Notes: generated by a model from the letters alone, not told the origin. Shown: positions 30,486 through 41,237, counted from the stretch's first letter. The stretch: 64,000 nucleotides of DNA from Pirellulales bacterium (GCA_963733035.1 CAVTBU010000002.1:27273-91272); one strand, 5' to 3'. Numbers and translations are program-made.

Positions 30486-31552
30486 AACAAACCGCCGAAG
30501 CACCGCCAAAACGGTACTGGCCGTTGGCCGAGCTGACGCTGGCGCGCCTTCGCGAGTTTTATCGGGAACCGGAGGCCCTGTTCTGGGTCTACGGCTTTCC
30601 CATCATGCTGGTTGTGGGACTGGGCATCGCGTTCCGCAACCAACCAGTGGAGCACATCGCCGTCGACGTCATCGAGGGGCCGCGAGCGAAGGCCGTTGTC
30701 GATGCGCTCGCCACACACGAGAAGTTCGTGCCGCAAGTTGTGACGAAGGAGGAAGCCCGAGTCGACTTGCGTACCGGTCGAACGGAGCTCGTCGTTACGC
30801 CCGGAACTGAAACCACGCCCAGCTACGAATACTCGTACGATCCCTCGCGTCCCGAAAGCGCGCTCGCCCGCAATGCCGTCGACGACGCGCTGCAGCGCGC
30901 CGCGGGCCGCCAGGATGTAGCCCAGGTGACGATCGAAGAGTTCGACGAGCCGGGCGGACGGTACATCGACTTTCTGGTGCCGGGACTGCTGGGCATGAGC
31001 TTAATGGGGGGCAGCATGTGGGGCGTCGGATTCGTGTCGGTCGACATGCGGATCCGCAAATTGCTCAAACGGTTCGTGGCCACACCCATGCGGCATAGCG
31101 AATTCCTGGGCGGGGTGATGCTCAGCCGCTTGCTATTTCTGGTCCCTGAGGTGCTGCTTCTGCTGGTCTTCGCGCGGCTGGCCTTTGGCGTCGTGATTTA
31201 CGGCAGCCTGCTGACGGTGGCATTTCTGATTTTGCTGGGCGCCGTTACGTTCGCAGGGCTAGGTCTGTTGATCGCCAGTCGGGCCAAGACGCTCGAAGCC
31301 GTCTCAGGTTTGATGAACCTGGTGATGATGCCGATGTGGCTGCTCTCGGGCATCTTCTTTTCGTCAGACCGATTCCCGGCGGCAAGTCAGCCCTTTATTC
31401 AAGTGCTGCCGCTCACGGCGCTTAACAATTCGCTACGGGCCGTGATGCAGGAAGGGGCGAGTCTTGCGTCGCAGCTTCCCGAGATTGGGCTGCTGGGCGT
31501 ATGGGCCGTCGCGACGTTCGCGCTGGCACTCAAGTTGTTTCGCTGGGTATAG
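30482..31552 (+). CDS. ABC-2 type exporter permease
   Basis: REPEALFW, YIDFLVPG and LSGIFF motifs, about six TM helices; ATGA overlap with the ATPase gene. Confidence 0.92.
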   Translation: MKQTAEAPPKRYWPLAELTLARLREFYREPEALFWVYGFPIMLVVGLGIAFRNQPVEHIAVDVIEGPRAKAVVDALATHEKFVPQVVTKEEARVDLRTGRTELVVTPGTETTPSYEYSYDPSRPESALARNAVDDALQRAAGRQDVAQVTIEEFDEPGGRYIDFLVPGLLGMSLMGGSMWGVGFVSVDMRIRKLLKRFVATPMRHSEFLGGVMLSRLLFLVPEVLLLLVFARLAFGVVIYGSLLTVAFLILLGAVTFAGLGLLIASRAKTLEAVSGLMNLVMMPMWLLSGIFFSSDRFPAASQPFIQVLPLTALNNSLRAVMQEGASLASQLPEIGLLGVWAVATFALALKLFRWV

Positions 31553-31563
31553 CACGCAGCGAA

Positions 31564-33390
31564 CTACTGGCCGCTGGCGGTGGACTTAGCGGACCGGGCC
31601 GTGCGCGCGGCAGGCAAGGCCGCTTTGGTCTTGGCCGGTGTGGCTTCCATGAAACCGATCAGCATTTCGTCGAACGTTTGTTCGCCAAAGTGAACGAACC
31701 GGTCGGGGTTCGGGTTGGCAATGTTTTCCGGCGAGTTGTCATAGTGGGCAACGCAACGCATCCGGGTTCCCTTGGGAATGAACTTCGGTTCGGCAAACTC
31801 GTACGTCATTTGCCAATTGAAGTCGTAGTTGGGCACATCGAGCAAAACTTCCTGCGTGCCGTCCGGATAATAGGCCTCGTAACGGAACGATTTGCCGCGC
31901 AAATGCATGTGCGGAAACAGGCTTAATAGTTCCGTGTCCTGTCGAAACGTCCGCCAGCAGGTAACGCGGTAGTTGGGAAGCCGCGGCGGAATTAACAGCA
32001 ATTGCGTGTCAACCGCCATCGTGCTGACTTCCTGGCGGACGGTTTGCGGATCGGCAAACATCAGTCCGATGCTGCTGCGGTCTTGCTGCGGCGACCCGTT
32101 TGGCGTGTAGTGCATCTGGAAGACTAATTGCGACCCCGCCGGCACCTTCTTGGCCAGGCCGTCCTCCAACAGCATCGGAGTGGCGCCCGGCGCCGTGGCG
32201 GCCAGAAATCCCCGGGAGATTCCTTCGCCCAATCCGCGCCGTTTTCCGTCGGGCGGCCGAATGAACACGATGATGTGATGCACGATCGACCGATTGCCGG
32301 CCTTGCACTGGGCTCCTTGCAGCCAGACGTCTTCGGTAAAGCCCGGGTCGACGGCGAAGTACTTGTAGTCAACGACCCCCTCGGCCGGAACGTCGATCGC
32401 GTGGTCCGACATGAAGACTTCCTTGTCGACCCGCGGCAGACGCCAACCAGTGGCATAGTGCTTCGGCTCGGGCAGTTTGCCTTCACCCTCGGGAGCGCCG
32501 GCGGCCACCCAATCGTAGATCGCCTGTTTCTCGTCGTCACTCATGCGGCAGTCGTTGCGCCATTTGCCGTGTTTTGGATCGGCGTACCAGGGGGGCATCC
32601 GCTCGTCACGTACGACCTCGGCGATCGTTTCGGCCCAGCCCACTACTTGGTCGTAGCGAGTTAGCGAAAATGGCGCGATCTCGCCTTCGCGATGGCATTC
32701 GACGCAGCGATTGTTGAGAATCTCCGCGACGTCTTTGACGTACGTGACTTCTGCATCCTCTGCCGGCTCGTAAACCCGACCGATGAAACAACCGGGAGCT
32801 TCCGTTTGCGCAACGCTGACCGGCTTGCCCGCCAGAAGTTCCTCAATTGCGACAGCCAGATCGTGACGCGTCGCGGCGTCGCGCTGCCGACCGACCACGT
32901 ACTTGTCGTCGATGCGGCCCCAATAGCGAATCACCCGGTCCTGGTCGAGAAGAAAGACTTCCGGCGTGCGTATTGCGCCCATCTGGTCGGCGACGACGTT
33001 GCCAACATCCTTCAGCAGCGGAAAACTGAAACCGTGCGTCTTGTAATAGGCTGCCAGTTCGGAAAGTGAGTCCTGCTGATTTGCGTTGATGGCAACGAAC
33101 GCGACTCCGGACTCCGCGAAGCGAGCGGCCAGTTCCACAAGCCGCGGCGCATAGAGCTTGGCCAACGGACACTCGGTGCCGAGGTACGCGATGACCACCG
33201 CCGGTTTGTCAGCGAAGTCCGCCAACTCGTAGGGCTTGCCCTGGAAATCCTGGAGCTGGAAATTCTTAACCTTGTTGCCGACCGGTGAGGCCGCCTCATC
33301 CGCCGATAGCAGGCTTGCGGCACACGCTAGCATCAAGGCGGCGGCCAACAGCACGTTGGTCTTCCTGGCCAACGATTCACAATACTTCAT
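31564..33390 (-). CDS. Secreted redoxin + cytochrome c + copper type II monooxygenase (PHM-like) fusion
   Basis: Signal peptide; thioredoxin-like ECP...RTPE...YWGRIDD...GC; CVECH heme motif; MPPW; VHH, QMHY, PHMH and DEM copper-ligand motifs. Confidence 0.85.
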   Translation of the reverse strand: MKYCESLARKTNVLLAAALMLACAASLLSADEAASPVGNKVKNFQLQDFQGKPYELADFADKPAVVIAYLGTECPLAKLYAPRLVELAARFAESGVAFVAINANQQDSLSELAAYYKTHGFSFPLLKDVGNVVADQMGAIRTPEVFLLDQDRVIRYWGRIDDKYVVGRQRDAATRHDLAVAIEELLAGKPVSVAQTEAPGCFIGRVYEPAEDAEVTYVKDVAEILNNRCVECHREGEIAPFSLTRYDQVVGWAETIAEVVRDERMPPWYADPKHGKWRNDCRMSDDEKQAIYDWVAAGAPEGEGKLPEPKHYATGWRLPRVDKEVFMSDHAIDVPAEGVVDYKYFAVDPGFTEDVWLQGAQCKAGNRSIVHHIIVFIRPPDGKRRGLGEGISRGFLAATAPGATPMLLEDGLAKKVPAGSQLVFQMHYTPNGSPQQDRSSIGLMFADPQTVRQEVSTMAVDTQLLLIPPRLPNYRVTCWRTFRQDTELLSLFPHMHLRGKSFRYEAYYPDGTQEVLLDVPNYDFNWQMTYEFAEPKFIPKGTRMRCVAHYDNSPENIANPNPDRFVHFGEQTFDEMLIGFMEATPAKTKAALPAARTARSAKSTASGQ

Positions 33391-33718
33391 CGCGTCACTC
33401 TCTCCGTTCGTCAATTCGGGCCGGTGTTCACGTTAGTCTGTACCTGCCAGGCAGCCGCATGGATTCAAACGGGAGCCTTTTTTTAGTGCCGAAACCGGCA
33501 AAGCGGAACGGAAGCCATCCCTTCGGGACGTCGTGCTACCCCGTTGGAATTCCCGGGTTTTGCGGCATTTTTCAGAATTCCGAGGCAGAACGGTTGGCGG
33601 TTTGGCGGCGCCGGCTCGCGTGGTTGACTTGAAGACAAATCTATCGACGCCGGCTAAGCTGACTGTCACCCGTTTCGGCAATTCCCCGTAACTTCTCCAG
33701 CAGACATTAGAGATTTTT

Positions 33719-34744
33719 ATGAAACCGCGGACATCCTCTACGCTTGCGGTGTGCGTTTGGGCACTGGCGACACCGCTGCTCGCAGGACAAGTCGACGGCC
33801 GACTCGACGTCTATTGGATCGACGTGGAAGGCGGCGCAGCCACGCTCGTCGTCACGCCGCGCGGGCAATCGGTGCTGATCGATACGGGCAACCCAGGGCA
33901 TCGAGACCCCGACCGGATCATCAAGGTCGCAGCAGAAGAAGCGGGCTTGCGTCAGCTCGACCACGTCATCATCACGCACTATCACACGGACCATTTCGGC
34001 GGCGCCGCGACGCTGACGAAGGTGCTGCCGATCAAGCACCTGCACGACAACGGTATCTTCGAAGGCATTGTCGATCGGCCGGATAAGCCGTATCTCGAAT
34101 GCGATGTCGAACGTCGCTCGGTCGTTTCACCCGGTGAAGAAATCGACCTTGCCCAAAGCAACGCGGCCCATCTAACGATCAAATGCCTCGCCGCTCGCCA
34201 GCGCTACATTGATCCGCCGGCGGGCGCCGAACCCACACCCGGGTGCGCGGAGTTTAAGCCCAAGGCTTTTGACGGCACCGACAATGCCAACAGCGTCGTC
34301 ACGCTGGTGACGTTCGGCCGCTTCGAGTTCTTCGACGCCGGCGACCTGACTTGGAACCTGGAAAAGGAACTGATCTGTCCGGTCAATCGCGTGGGCCAAG
34401 TCGACGTCTATCAGGCGAGTCATCACGGAATGGACGCCAGCAACAATCCGCTGTTGATCCGCGTGCTCCAGCCGCGGGTGGCCGTCATCAACAACGGCGC
34501 AACCAAGGGCTGTGATCCAGGCACCTTTGCGGCCCTTAAGGAAACCCCGTCGATCGAGGCAATCTACCAGGTACACAAGAACGTCCGCGACGACGGCTCA
34601 CCAAACGCGCCCGATGAGTTCATTGCCAACCAGACCAGGGACTGCCAGGCGAACTTCATCAAGCTTTCGGTCGACCCCAGCGGAGCGACCTACACGGTGA
34701 GCATACCCTCGCATGGCCACGCGCGGACCTACCGCACCAAGTAG
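33719..34744 (+). CDS. Secreted metallo-beta-lactamase fold hydrolase (ComEC/Rec2-like domain)
   Basis: IDVEGG, IDTG, THYHTDH, GDL and SHHG motifs; signal peptide. Confidence 0.88.
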   Translation: MKPRTSSTLAVCVWALATPLLAGQVDGRLDVYWIDVEGGAATLVVTPRGQSVLIDTGNPGHRDPDRIIKVAAEEAGLRQLDHVIITHYHTDHFGGAATLTKVLPIKHLHDNGIFEGIVDRPDKPYLECDVERRSVVSPGEEIDLAQSNAAHLTIKCLAARQRYIDPPAGAEPTPGCAEFKPKAFDGTDNANSVVTLVTFGRFEFFDAGDLTWNLEKELICPVNRVGQVDVYQASHHGMDASNNPLLIRVLQPRVAVINNGATKGCDPGTFAALKETPSIEAIYQVHKNVRDDGSPNAPDEFIANQTRDCQANFIKLSVDPSGATYTVSIPSHGHARTYRTK

Positions 34745-34751
34745 TGGCAAT

Positions 34752-35324
34752 CTATAGCAGGGGATCGTTGACAAACCGTTTCAGCAATGTGTTCGGCGGC
34801 ACGGCCTGCGGATCTTTGACCTTCTGCGCGCCTTCGGCGCCGACGATCGGCAGCTTGCTGGGATCGAGCAGCCCTACTTGAGCGAGCGCCGAGGCCTGAT
34901 CCCACAGAATATGCTCGTGATGCATCTTGCCGTTCTTGAAGGCAATGATGACGATTAATGCGAGTTCAACACGCCGGCCCGTCGGTGGCACGCCCGGAAG
35001 CAGCCAGTCAATCGGCGTGGTGTGCGTGAATCGGAGGATGATTTCGTCGACGATCTGGTCGCTTCCCACCGTCCTCGAGACAAGTTCATTCTCAATATCT
35101 GGAGGCATGCGGGGGATGAAGTATTTGCCATAGAAATGTTCGAGTTGCTTGCGCCCGTGGCCGCCGGCCAGCGTCGGCACGTGATTGACGTAAGCGTCCG
35201 GCACCATCGTGTCGCAAGAATCGACCGCATTCTTGTCGACGAACTCGGCCCTCATGTGGGCTTCCCACAACTCAACCATCGCCCGTTGTTCGGCGCTGAG
35301 TCGGTCGGGATCGTAGCTAGACAT
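34752..35324 (-). CDS. SnoaL/NTF2-like ester cyclase family protein
   Basis: [21 protein letters not shown]...[11 protein letters not shown] and [10 protein letters not shown] motifs. Confidence 0.85.
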   Translation of the reverse strand: MSSYDPDRLSAEQRAMVELWEAHMRAEFVDKNAVDSCDTMVPDAYVNHVPTLAGGHGRKQLEHFYGKYFIPRMPPDIENELVSRTVGSDQIVDEIILRFTHTTPIDWLLPGVPPTGRRVELALIVIIAFKNGKMHHEHILWDQASALAQVGLLDPSKLPIVGAEGAQKVKDPQAVPPNTLLKRFVNDPLL

Positions 35325-35466
35325 GGCGTCCTCTCAAGTTTGCTTGCGAAATCAGGGGTATTACATAGCGTGCTCCGCCGGACAAATGCAAAATGAATTC
35401 GATGTCGACCAACGCGTCCGTCGCTACGACGAGTCGTTGCCAATGCACACACCCGAGGGGCAACTC

Positions 35467-36474
35467 ATGATTCCCTTTTCGATCCTCGACTTGGCACCCA
35501 TCTCGCAAGGCTCGACCGCGGCCGACGCCCTACGTAATACGCTCGACTTGTCCCAGCACGCCGAGCGCTGGGGCTACCGTCGCTACTGGTTAGCCGAACA
35601 TCATAATATGCCCGGCATCGCCTGTGCCGCGACGTCGATCGTGATCGCCCACGTCGCCGCGGGCACCAAGACGATGCGGGTCGGCTCGGGCGGCGTGATG
35701 CTGCCAAATCACGCGCCGCTGGTCGTCGCCGAGCAGTTTGGCACGTTGGCTTCCCTATTTCCCGATCGCATCGATTTAGCGCTCGGCCGAGCGCCTGGCA
35801 CGGACGGACTAACGGCTCGAGCGCTCCGCCGCGATCCGGCGGAAAGTGCCGAGCAGTACCCGCAGGATGTGCTGGAGTTGCAGCAATACTTCGAACCACT
35901 GACGCCGGATCAAAAAGTGCGGGCCATTCCTGGTGCGGGGCTGCGCGTGCCCATCTGGTTGTTGGGGTCCAGTCTGTTCAGCGCGCACCTGGCATCGATT
36001 TTTGGATTGCCGTTCGCGTTCGCCTCGCACTTCGCCCCAGATGCGATGCTGCGTGCCATGGAAGTCTACCGCGCAAATTTCCGACCGTCGCGGCAGCTTG
36101 AACGCCCGTACGTGATGCTCGGCGTCAACGTCTTCGCGGCGGATCGGGAGGAGGAAGCCCGTCGGCAGTTCACCTCGGTGCAACAGGCGTTTGTGCAGTT
36201 GCGTCGAGGCCAACCGGGGCCAGTGCCACCGCCGATCGACGACATTGACGCGCTGGCCACGCCGAGCGAAAGGGCCGGCGTCGACCATGCGCTGCGTTAT
36301 TCCTTCGTCGGCTCACCAGACACGATAACCCAGCCCCTGCGCGACTTCATCACGGCCACGCAGGCGGATGAACTCATTATCGCGGGTCATTTTTTCGATC
36401 ATGCGGCGAGACTCCGTTCGTTCGAACTGGCTGCGCAAGTGCGCGACCGACTCGCTGATGAAGGTTTTGGCTGA
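35467..36474 (+). CDS. LLM class (luciferase-like) flavin-dependent oxidoreductase
   Basis: [39 protein letters not shown] and FASHFAP motifs. Confidence 0.93.
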   Translation: MIPFSILDLAPISQGSTAADALRNTLDLSQHAERWGYRRYWLAEHHNMPGIACAATSIVIAHVAAGTKTMRVGSGGVMLPNHAPLVVAEQFGTLASLFPDRIDLALGRAPGTDGLTARALRRDPAESAEQYPQDVLELQQYFEPLTPDQKVRAIPGAGLRVPIWLLGSSLFSAHLASIFGLPFAFASHFAPDAMLRAMEVYRANFRPSRQLERPYVMLGVNVFAADREEEARRQFTSVQQAFVQLRRGQPGPVPPPIDDIDALATPSERAGVDHALRYSFVGSPDTITQPLRDFITATQADELIIAGHFFDHAARLRSFELAAQVRDRLADEGFG

Positions 36475-36643
36475 AGACCGAACGTCGGTTGGCCCAGCTT
36501 GAGCGGGCCGGGCGCGACACGGACGACTTCGATCCAACTGGTTGACGAAGTACTCAAAAAATGGTCTCTGTGGCCCATTCAGGCCGCATCAGGCCGCGCG
36601 TATCAGATGGACTACCGAGCACGGATCGACGGACGACACGGTC

Positions 36644-37627
36644 ATGAAAAAGCTTCGTTGGGGGGTTTTGAGCACAGCCAAGATCGGCACGGAAAAAGTT
36701 ATTCCGGCGATGCAGCGCGGAGAGCTGTGCGAAGTCGTGGCGATTGCTTCACGCGATATGGCGCGGGCCCAATCGGCGGCCAAGCGACTCGGCATCCCGA
36801 AGGCGCATGGTTCGTACGACGCGCTGCTTGCCGATCCCAATGTAGATGCAATCTACAATCCGCTGCCAAATCATTTGCATGTGCCGCTGTCGATCGCCGC
36901 GCTCGAGGCCGGCAAACACGTGCTGTGCGAGAAGCCAATCGGCTTGACGGCCGCCGAGGGACAACAACTTGTCGACGCGGCCAACGAACATCCCGACCTC
37001 AAAGTGATGGAAGCGTTCATGTATCGCCATCATCCCCAATGGCAGCGAGCCAAGCAGTTGGTGCGCGACGGGGCGATTGGCAAATTGCGGACGATCCAAA
37101 CTTTCTTCAGCTATTTCAACGACGATCCCGACAACATCCGCAATCAGTCCGATATTGGCGGCGGCGGTCTACCCGATATCGGTTGCTACTGCGTTTCCCT
37201 GTCTCGGTTCGTGTTCGAGGCCGAACCACTGCGCGTCATCGGCCACGTCGAATACGATCCGGACTTCGGCGTCGATCGCCTGGCCTCGGGCATCCTGGAA
37301 TTCCAGGAGGGGACGTCAACCTTCACGTGCAGCACTCAGTTGGTTCCCTACCAGCGCGTGAATATCTTTGGGACGCGCGGCCGCGTCGAAATTGACGTGC
37401 CGTTCAATGCTCCGCCCGATCGTCCCTGCACGATGCGGCATCAGCACGCCGGCGGAATCGAAGAAATTCAGCTGCCGATTTGCGATCAATACACGATTCA
37501 AGGCGACCTATTCGCCCGCGCCGTTTTGGACAACCAACCGGTACCAACACCACTCGTGGATGCGGTGGCGAACATGCGCGTAATCGAGGCCCTTATCGTT
37601 AGCGCCAAAGCCGGCACGTGGGTCTAA
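36644..37627 (+). CDS. Gfo/Idh/MocA family oxidoreductase
   Basis: WGVLSTAKI, YNPLPNHLH, HVLCEKP and DIGCY motifs. Confidence 0.93.
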   Translation: MKKLRWGVLSTAKIGTEKVIPAMQRGELCEVVAIASRDMARAQSAAKRLGIPKAHGSYDALLADPNVDAIYNPLPNHLHVPLSIAALEAGKHVLCEKPIGLTAAEGQQLVDAANEHPDLKVMEAFMYRHHPQWQRAKQLVRDGAIGKLRTIQTFFSYFNDDPDNIRNQSDIGGGGLPDIGCYCVSLSRFVFEAEPLRVIGHVEYDPDFGVDRLASGILEFQEGTSTFTCSTQLVPYQRVNIFGTRGRVEIDVPFNAPPDRPCTMRHQHAGGIEEIQLPICDQYTIQGDLFARAVLDNQPVPTPLVDAVANMRVIEALIVSAKAGTWV

Positions 37628-37850
37628 GGGGCAAAATGGCCCGCTGGGCGACGTCGGCTCGCGGTGCAAACCAATGCCCGGCCAGCATTCGGTGAGCAAT
37701 TTCCGCGCGCCTGCGGCGTTCGCGAGGAGACCAATGGCGGCGAATCTCGGCCGCCGCGGCAAGAACTTGCTCGGGATTGGGAATTGTAGCGACGGTCGTG
37801 TCGCTTCCGTCCACGTCGGAAAACCTTGACCTAAACCGAACGGTGGCCAT
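37599..37850 (-). CDS. Small basic hypothetical protein
   Basis: AAGGAGG RBS before ATG 37850; EIRRHWSPRERRRR motif resembles small planctomycete proteins. Confidence 0.55.
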   Translation of the reverse strand: MATVRFRSRFSDVDGSDTTVATIPNPEQVLAAAAEIRRHWSPRERRRRAEIAHRMLAGHWFAPRADVAQRAILPLRPTCRLWR

Positions 37851-37992
37851 CGTTGCCTCCTTTGCAAAGCCCCGGCCCGAGGTGTTTCCAGTGTACCGCG
37901 TTGGACGCAAACAAGCGAGTTTTCGCCACTGTGTGAGCTAGCACCGGAAAAATTGGGCCAGAATTGCAAGGTTTCGCAACTCGCCGTTCCAC

Positions 37993-38032
37993 AAAAAAAG
38001 GACCCCTGCCGGGCCGAGGCGCGACAGGGGTC
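37993..38032 (-). terminator. Rho-independent terminator
   Basis: Minus strand GACCCCTGTCG...CGGCAGGGGTC hairpin followed by C and T7, just downstream of the 38059-38286 gene. Confidence 0.8.
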
Positions 38033-38058
38033 GAAAGCCGTGTAAAAATTTTGAGCCG

Positions 38059-38286
38059 CTAGGATTTTCGCCGTCGCTTGCGCCGCGCAAGTTTTGCCGC
38101 TTGTTCCTGAGCCAGGAACCAAGCCGCTGCCTGACTAGGCGCTTGCGCAATGATCCAATGATTCCGCCGCTGGCCAGTGACAATCCAAACCCGTCCGCCG
38201 GGACGTTCGACACATAAATCCCCCATCGCCCAGCCACCGCGCTTGAGACGGTCCAACGAAAGATCGACTTTTGGGTAAGCGAGCAT
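38059..38286 (-). CDS. Small conserved-type hypothetical protein
   Basis: GGAG RBS; L.R.GW..GD...VW.V.G......I.A...Q..AW..A.EQA pattern typical of planctomycete small proteins; followed by a terminator. Confidence 0.7.
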   Translation of the reverse strand: MLAYPKVDLSLDRLKRGGWAMGDLCVERPGGRVWIVTGQRRNHWIIAQAPSQAAAWFLAQEQAAKLARRKRRRKS

Positions 38287-38652
38287 AGTTGAACTCCCTG
38301 GATGTACGCGCTTGCCCCGCGCGCCACTTCGTCCTGAAAAAAGCGATCAGATGAGATAACTGAAACGATCTCTGCCCGCCCCGTTCCGCGTCTGCTAAGA
38401 AAGGAAGCAGAAGATAGGCCCGCGAATCTGGGTTTATGCTAACTTCGCTTTGGAAGCATTTCGAGTGTCAGGCAAATTTTCCTGAAAATAGCAAAGCTGT
38501 CGAACAAGAAAAATGGGCCGCCGACAAGACCCACACTGCGATTTTAGAAACGTGCATGCCTCCAATTGGTTCGTGCCGCTGGCACGTGGTTATTCCTGAA
38601 TTCCGGTACATTCGATAGCACACGAATCAGCTCGGCCCGCGGACAAATCCGC

Positions 38653-39090
38653 TCACGCCTCGCGCGCCTTGCTCACCTGCGAGCGCACGTGATGAGCTAT
38701 TGCTTGCAAGCCTCGCATGCGAACCATGCCCAATGATTCGGTCAGGCCGAACCGCCTCACGATGTCGGGTGGCGCCGCCAGCACTTCGCTCGGGTCGGCA
38801 CCGGAGTAGAGGTCTGCCAGAATGCTTACGAAGCCTTTGACCGTGGGAGCTTCCGGGGCAACGTCCGCCAGGATACGGACTTTACCGTCAACAATCTCAG
38901 CCCACAGGAAGACCGGCGTTTGACACTCATGTACGCGGTGCACGCCGGCGTCGCGCTGCGCTTGATATTCGGGCGGCAACGGCGCGAGCTTCTCGGAAAA
39001 CTCCAATAGCAATTCAAGCCGTTCGCGTGGATCGAGTTCCTGAAATTCGGCAACGATCTCCTCGATCCGCTCGTTGACGCTTTCGCTCAC
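38653..39090 (-). CDS. sufE: SufE family sulfur acceptor protein
   Basis: [16 protein letters not shown] (acceptor Cys), EAPTVKG and R..G motifs; GTGA overlap with the sulfurtransferase gene. Confidence 0.88.
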   Translation of the reverse strand: MSESVNERIEEIVAEFQELDPRERLELLLEFSEKLAPLPPEYQAQRDAGVHRVHECQTPVFLWAEIVDGKVRILADVAPEAPTVKGFVSILADLYSGADPSEVLAAPPDIVRRFGLTESLGMVRMRGLQAIAHHVRSQVSKAREA

Positions 39091-39983
39091 GAACTTGTCC
39101 CCGCCGGTTCGGGCTGAGCGGCTGGTTTGCCCGGCCCCTTCTCGATGGGCACTCCCACGGTGTTGCCCCATTCGGTCCAGGAACCGTCGTAGTTTTTCAC
39201 TTTAGGAAAGCCGAGCAGATAGTGCAGCACGAACCAGGTGTGACTCGACCGCTCACCAATGCGGCAGTAGGCGACGATTGGCGTCCGCCGCTTGAGCCCC
39301 GCTTCGCCTGAATAAATTTTCTCGAGTTCGCGGGCGGACTTGAATGTGCCATCGTCGTTGACGCTCCGCGACCAAGGGACGCTCGCCGCGCCTGGAATAT
39401 GGCCACCGCGCAACGCTCCCTCCTGCGGATAGTCGGCCATGTGCAACAGTTCGCCCGTATATTCGCCGGGCGAGCGAACGTCGACCAGCGGCTTGCCCTT
39501 CTGCTGGTGCTTGAGTACTTCCGCCTGAAAAGCACGGATCGACAGGTCTGGCTCCTTGGCTTCGTACCGTGCGCGAGGGTATTGGGGCTCGGGATCGCGC
39601 GACCAAGCGCGGCCGTCCGCTTCCCAGCGTTTGCGCCCACCGTTCATGATGCGGCAGTCTTGATGTCCGTACAGTTTGAATACCCAGAAGGCGTAGCAGG
39701 CCCACCAGTTGTTCTTGTCGCCGTAAAAGACCACGGTGGTGTCGTTGCCAATCCCCTTGGATGCACACAACTCGGCAAAGCGGTCCTTGTCGATGTAGTC
39801 GCGGACGATCTGATCCTGCAGATCGGTGTGCCAATCGATTTTGACCGCGCCGGGCACGTGGCCCGTCTGATACAAAAGCACGTCTTCGTCGGATTCAACG
39901 ATCCGTACGTTCGGATCTTGGTGGTGCTCTTCGACCCAAGCCGTGCTTACGAGCACGTCGGGATTTGCATATTGCTTGGCCAT
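39087..39983 (-). CDS. Tandem-domain rhodanese sulfurtransferase (SseA/CysA type)
   Basis: [22 protein letters not shown], active-site CRIGER and YDGSWTEW motifs. Confidence 0.95.
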   Translation of the reverse strand: MAKQYANPDVLVSTAWVEEHHQDPNVRIVESDEDVLLYQTGHVPGAVKIDWHTDLQDQIVRDYIDKDRFAELCASKGIGNDTTVVFYGDKNNWWACYAFWVFKLYGHQDCRIMNGGRKRWEADGRAWSRDPEPQYPRARYEAKEPDLSIRAFQAEVLKHQQKGKPLVDVRSPGEYTGELLHMADYPQEGALRGGHIPGAASVPWSRSVNDDGTFKSARELEKIYSGEAGLKRRTPIVAYCRIGERSSHTWFVLHYLLGFPKVKNYDGSWTEWGNTVGVPIEKGPGKPAAQPEPAGTSS

Positions 39984-40217
39984 GGCGTGGAAGCCTCCCA
40001 GGCGTTGGCGATTGAAATCTGCTCAAGACGTAGAACCGTCCAGTCCGGAATTTTAGGGGTTCGACGCGGCGATTAAAAGGGACTCCCCAACCAGGGCGAT
40101 CTGAGCCGGTCCTTGACCCGCGCTCGTGGCCCACGCACACTGAGGACCGTACCGCAGTGCAAAACCGCCGCCATGGGTGCGGTCTGTTTTCCCTATGAGC
40201 AACCGGGAGAGTATCCA

Positions 40218-41237
40218 ATGCGAAGTCTGGCGTGGGCTGTTTTGGGAGGTGTTGTCATGATGGCCACGCCGGCGGCAAGTGTTCATGGAGACGAGCCCGG
40301 CGACAAAATCATCCGAGCCGGCGTGATCGGGCTCGATACGTCGCATGCTCCGGCGTTTGCCGAGTTGCTCAACGGCTCCGAAGCCACTGGCGAGTTGGCC
40401 GGCGTGAAAGTCGTCGCGGCCTATCCCGGCGGCAGTCCCGACATTCCGGCCAGCGCCGATCGCGTCGCAGGTTACACGCAGAAATTTCGCGAGTTGGGGA
40501 TCGAGATTGTCCCCTCGATCGACGAATTGCTGAAGAAGGTCGACGTTGTGCTACTTGAAAGCGTCGACGGCCGGCCACACCTGGATCAGGCCATTCCGGT
40601 GCTAAAGGCCGGCAAACCCGTGTTTATCGATAAACCCGTGGCCGGATCGCTGGCCGATGCGGTTGCGATTTACGCGCTGGCCGACGAATTGAAGGTTCCT
40701 TGCTTCTCGAGTTCGTCTCTGCGATTCAGCAAGGGCATTTTGGGCATGCGCAACGATGAGAAGGTTGGCAAGGTCGTCGGCTGCGATTCGCGCGGACCAT
40801 GTAGCCTGGAACCCCACCACCCAGACCTCTATTGGTATGGCATTCACGGCGTGGAAATTCTGTTCACGATCATGGGCCCCGGGTGCGAATCCGTAAGCCG
40901 CGTGCAGACCGACGGCACCGAATTTGTCATCGGGCGCTGGGCCGACGGCCGCATCGGCAGCTTCCGCGGGCTGCGTGAGGGGGCCCACGGCTATGGCGCC
41001 ACGGTCTATGGCGACAAGAGTATTGCCCAAAGCGGCGGCTATGACGGGTACGCGCCGCTGGTGGTCGAAATCGTGAAGTTCTTCAAGTCCGGCCAGCCGC
41101 CGGTCAGCGCGGCCGAGACGCTGGAGATTTATGCCTTCATGGAAGCGGCCGACGAGAGCAAGCGCCAAGGCGGCAAGCCGGTGACCCTCGAAGGCGTGAT
41201 GGAAAAGGCCAAGCAGAAAGCCGTGGAAAAGGAATGA
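40218..41237 (+). CDS. Gfo/Idh/MocA family oxidoreductase with a signal peptide
   Basis: GVIGLDTSH, ESVDGRPH, FIDKP, SSSSLRF and WYGIHG motifs. Confidence 0.9.
   Translation: MRSLAWAVLGGVVMMATPAASVHGDEPGDKIIRAGVIGLDTSHAPAFAELLNGSEATGELAGVKVVAAYPGGSPDIPASADRVAGYTQKFRELGIEIVPSIDELLKKVDVVLLESVDGRPHLDQAIPVLKAGKPVFIDKPVAGSLADAVAIYALADELKVPCFSSSSLRFSKGILGMRNDEKVGKVVGCDSRGPCSLEPHHPDLYWYGIHGVEILFTIMGPGCESVSRVQTDGTEFVIGRWADGRIGSFRGLREGAHGYGATVYGDKSIAQSGGYDGYAPLVVEIVKFFKSGQPPVSAAETLEIYAFMEAADESKRQGGKPVTLEGVMEKAKQKAVEKE

Noticed and set aside
33470..33545. Small hairpins with GCAAA/GGGAC resembling a c-di-GMP-I riboswitch
   Set aside because: Order and pairing of elements do not fit the consensus on either strand.
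33719..34744. ComEC competence channel
   Set aside because: Only the soluble MBL domain is present; no multi-TM competence domain.
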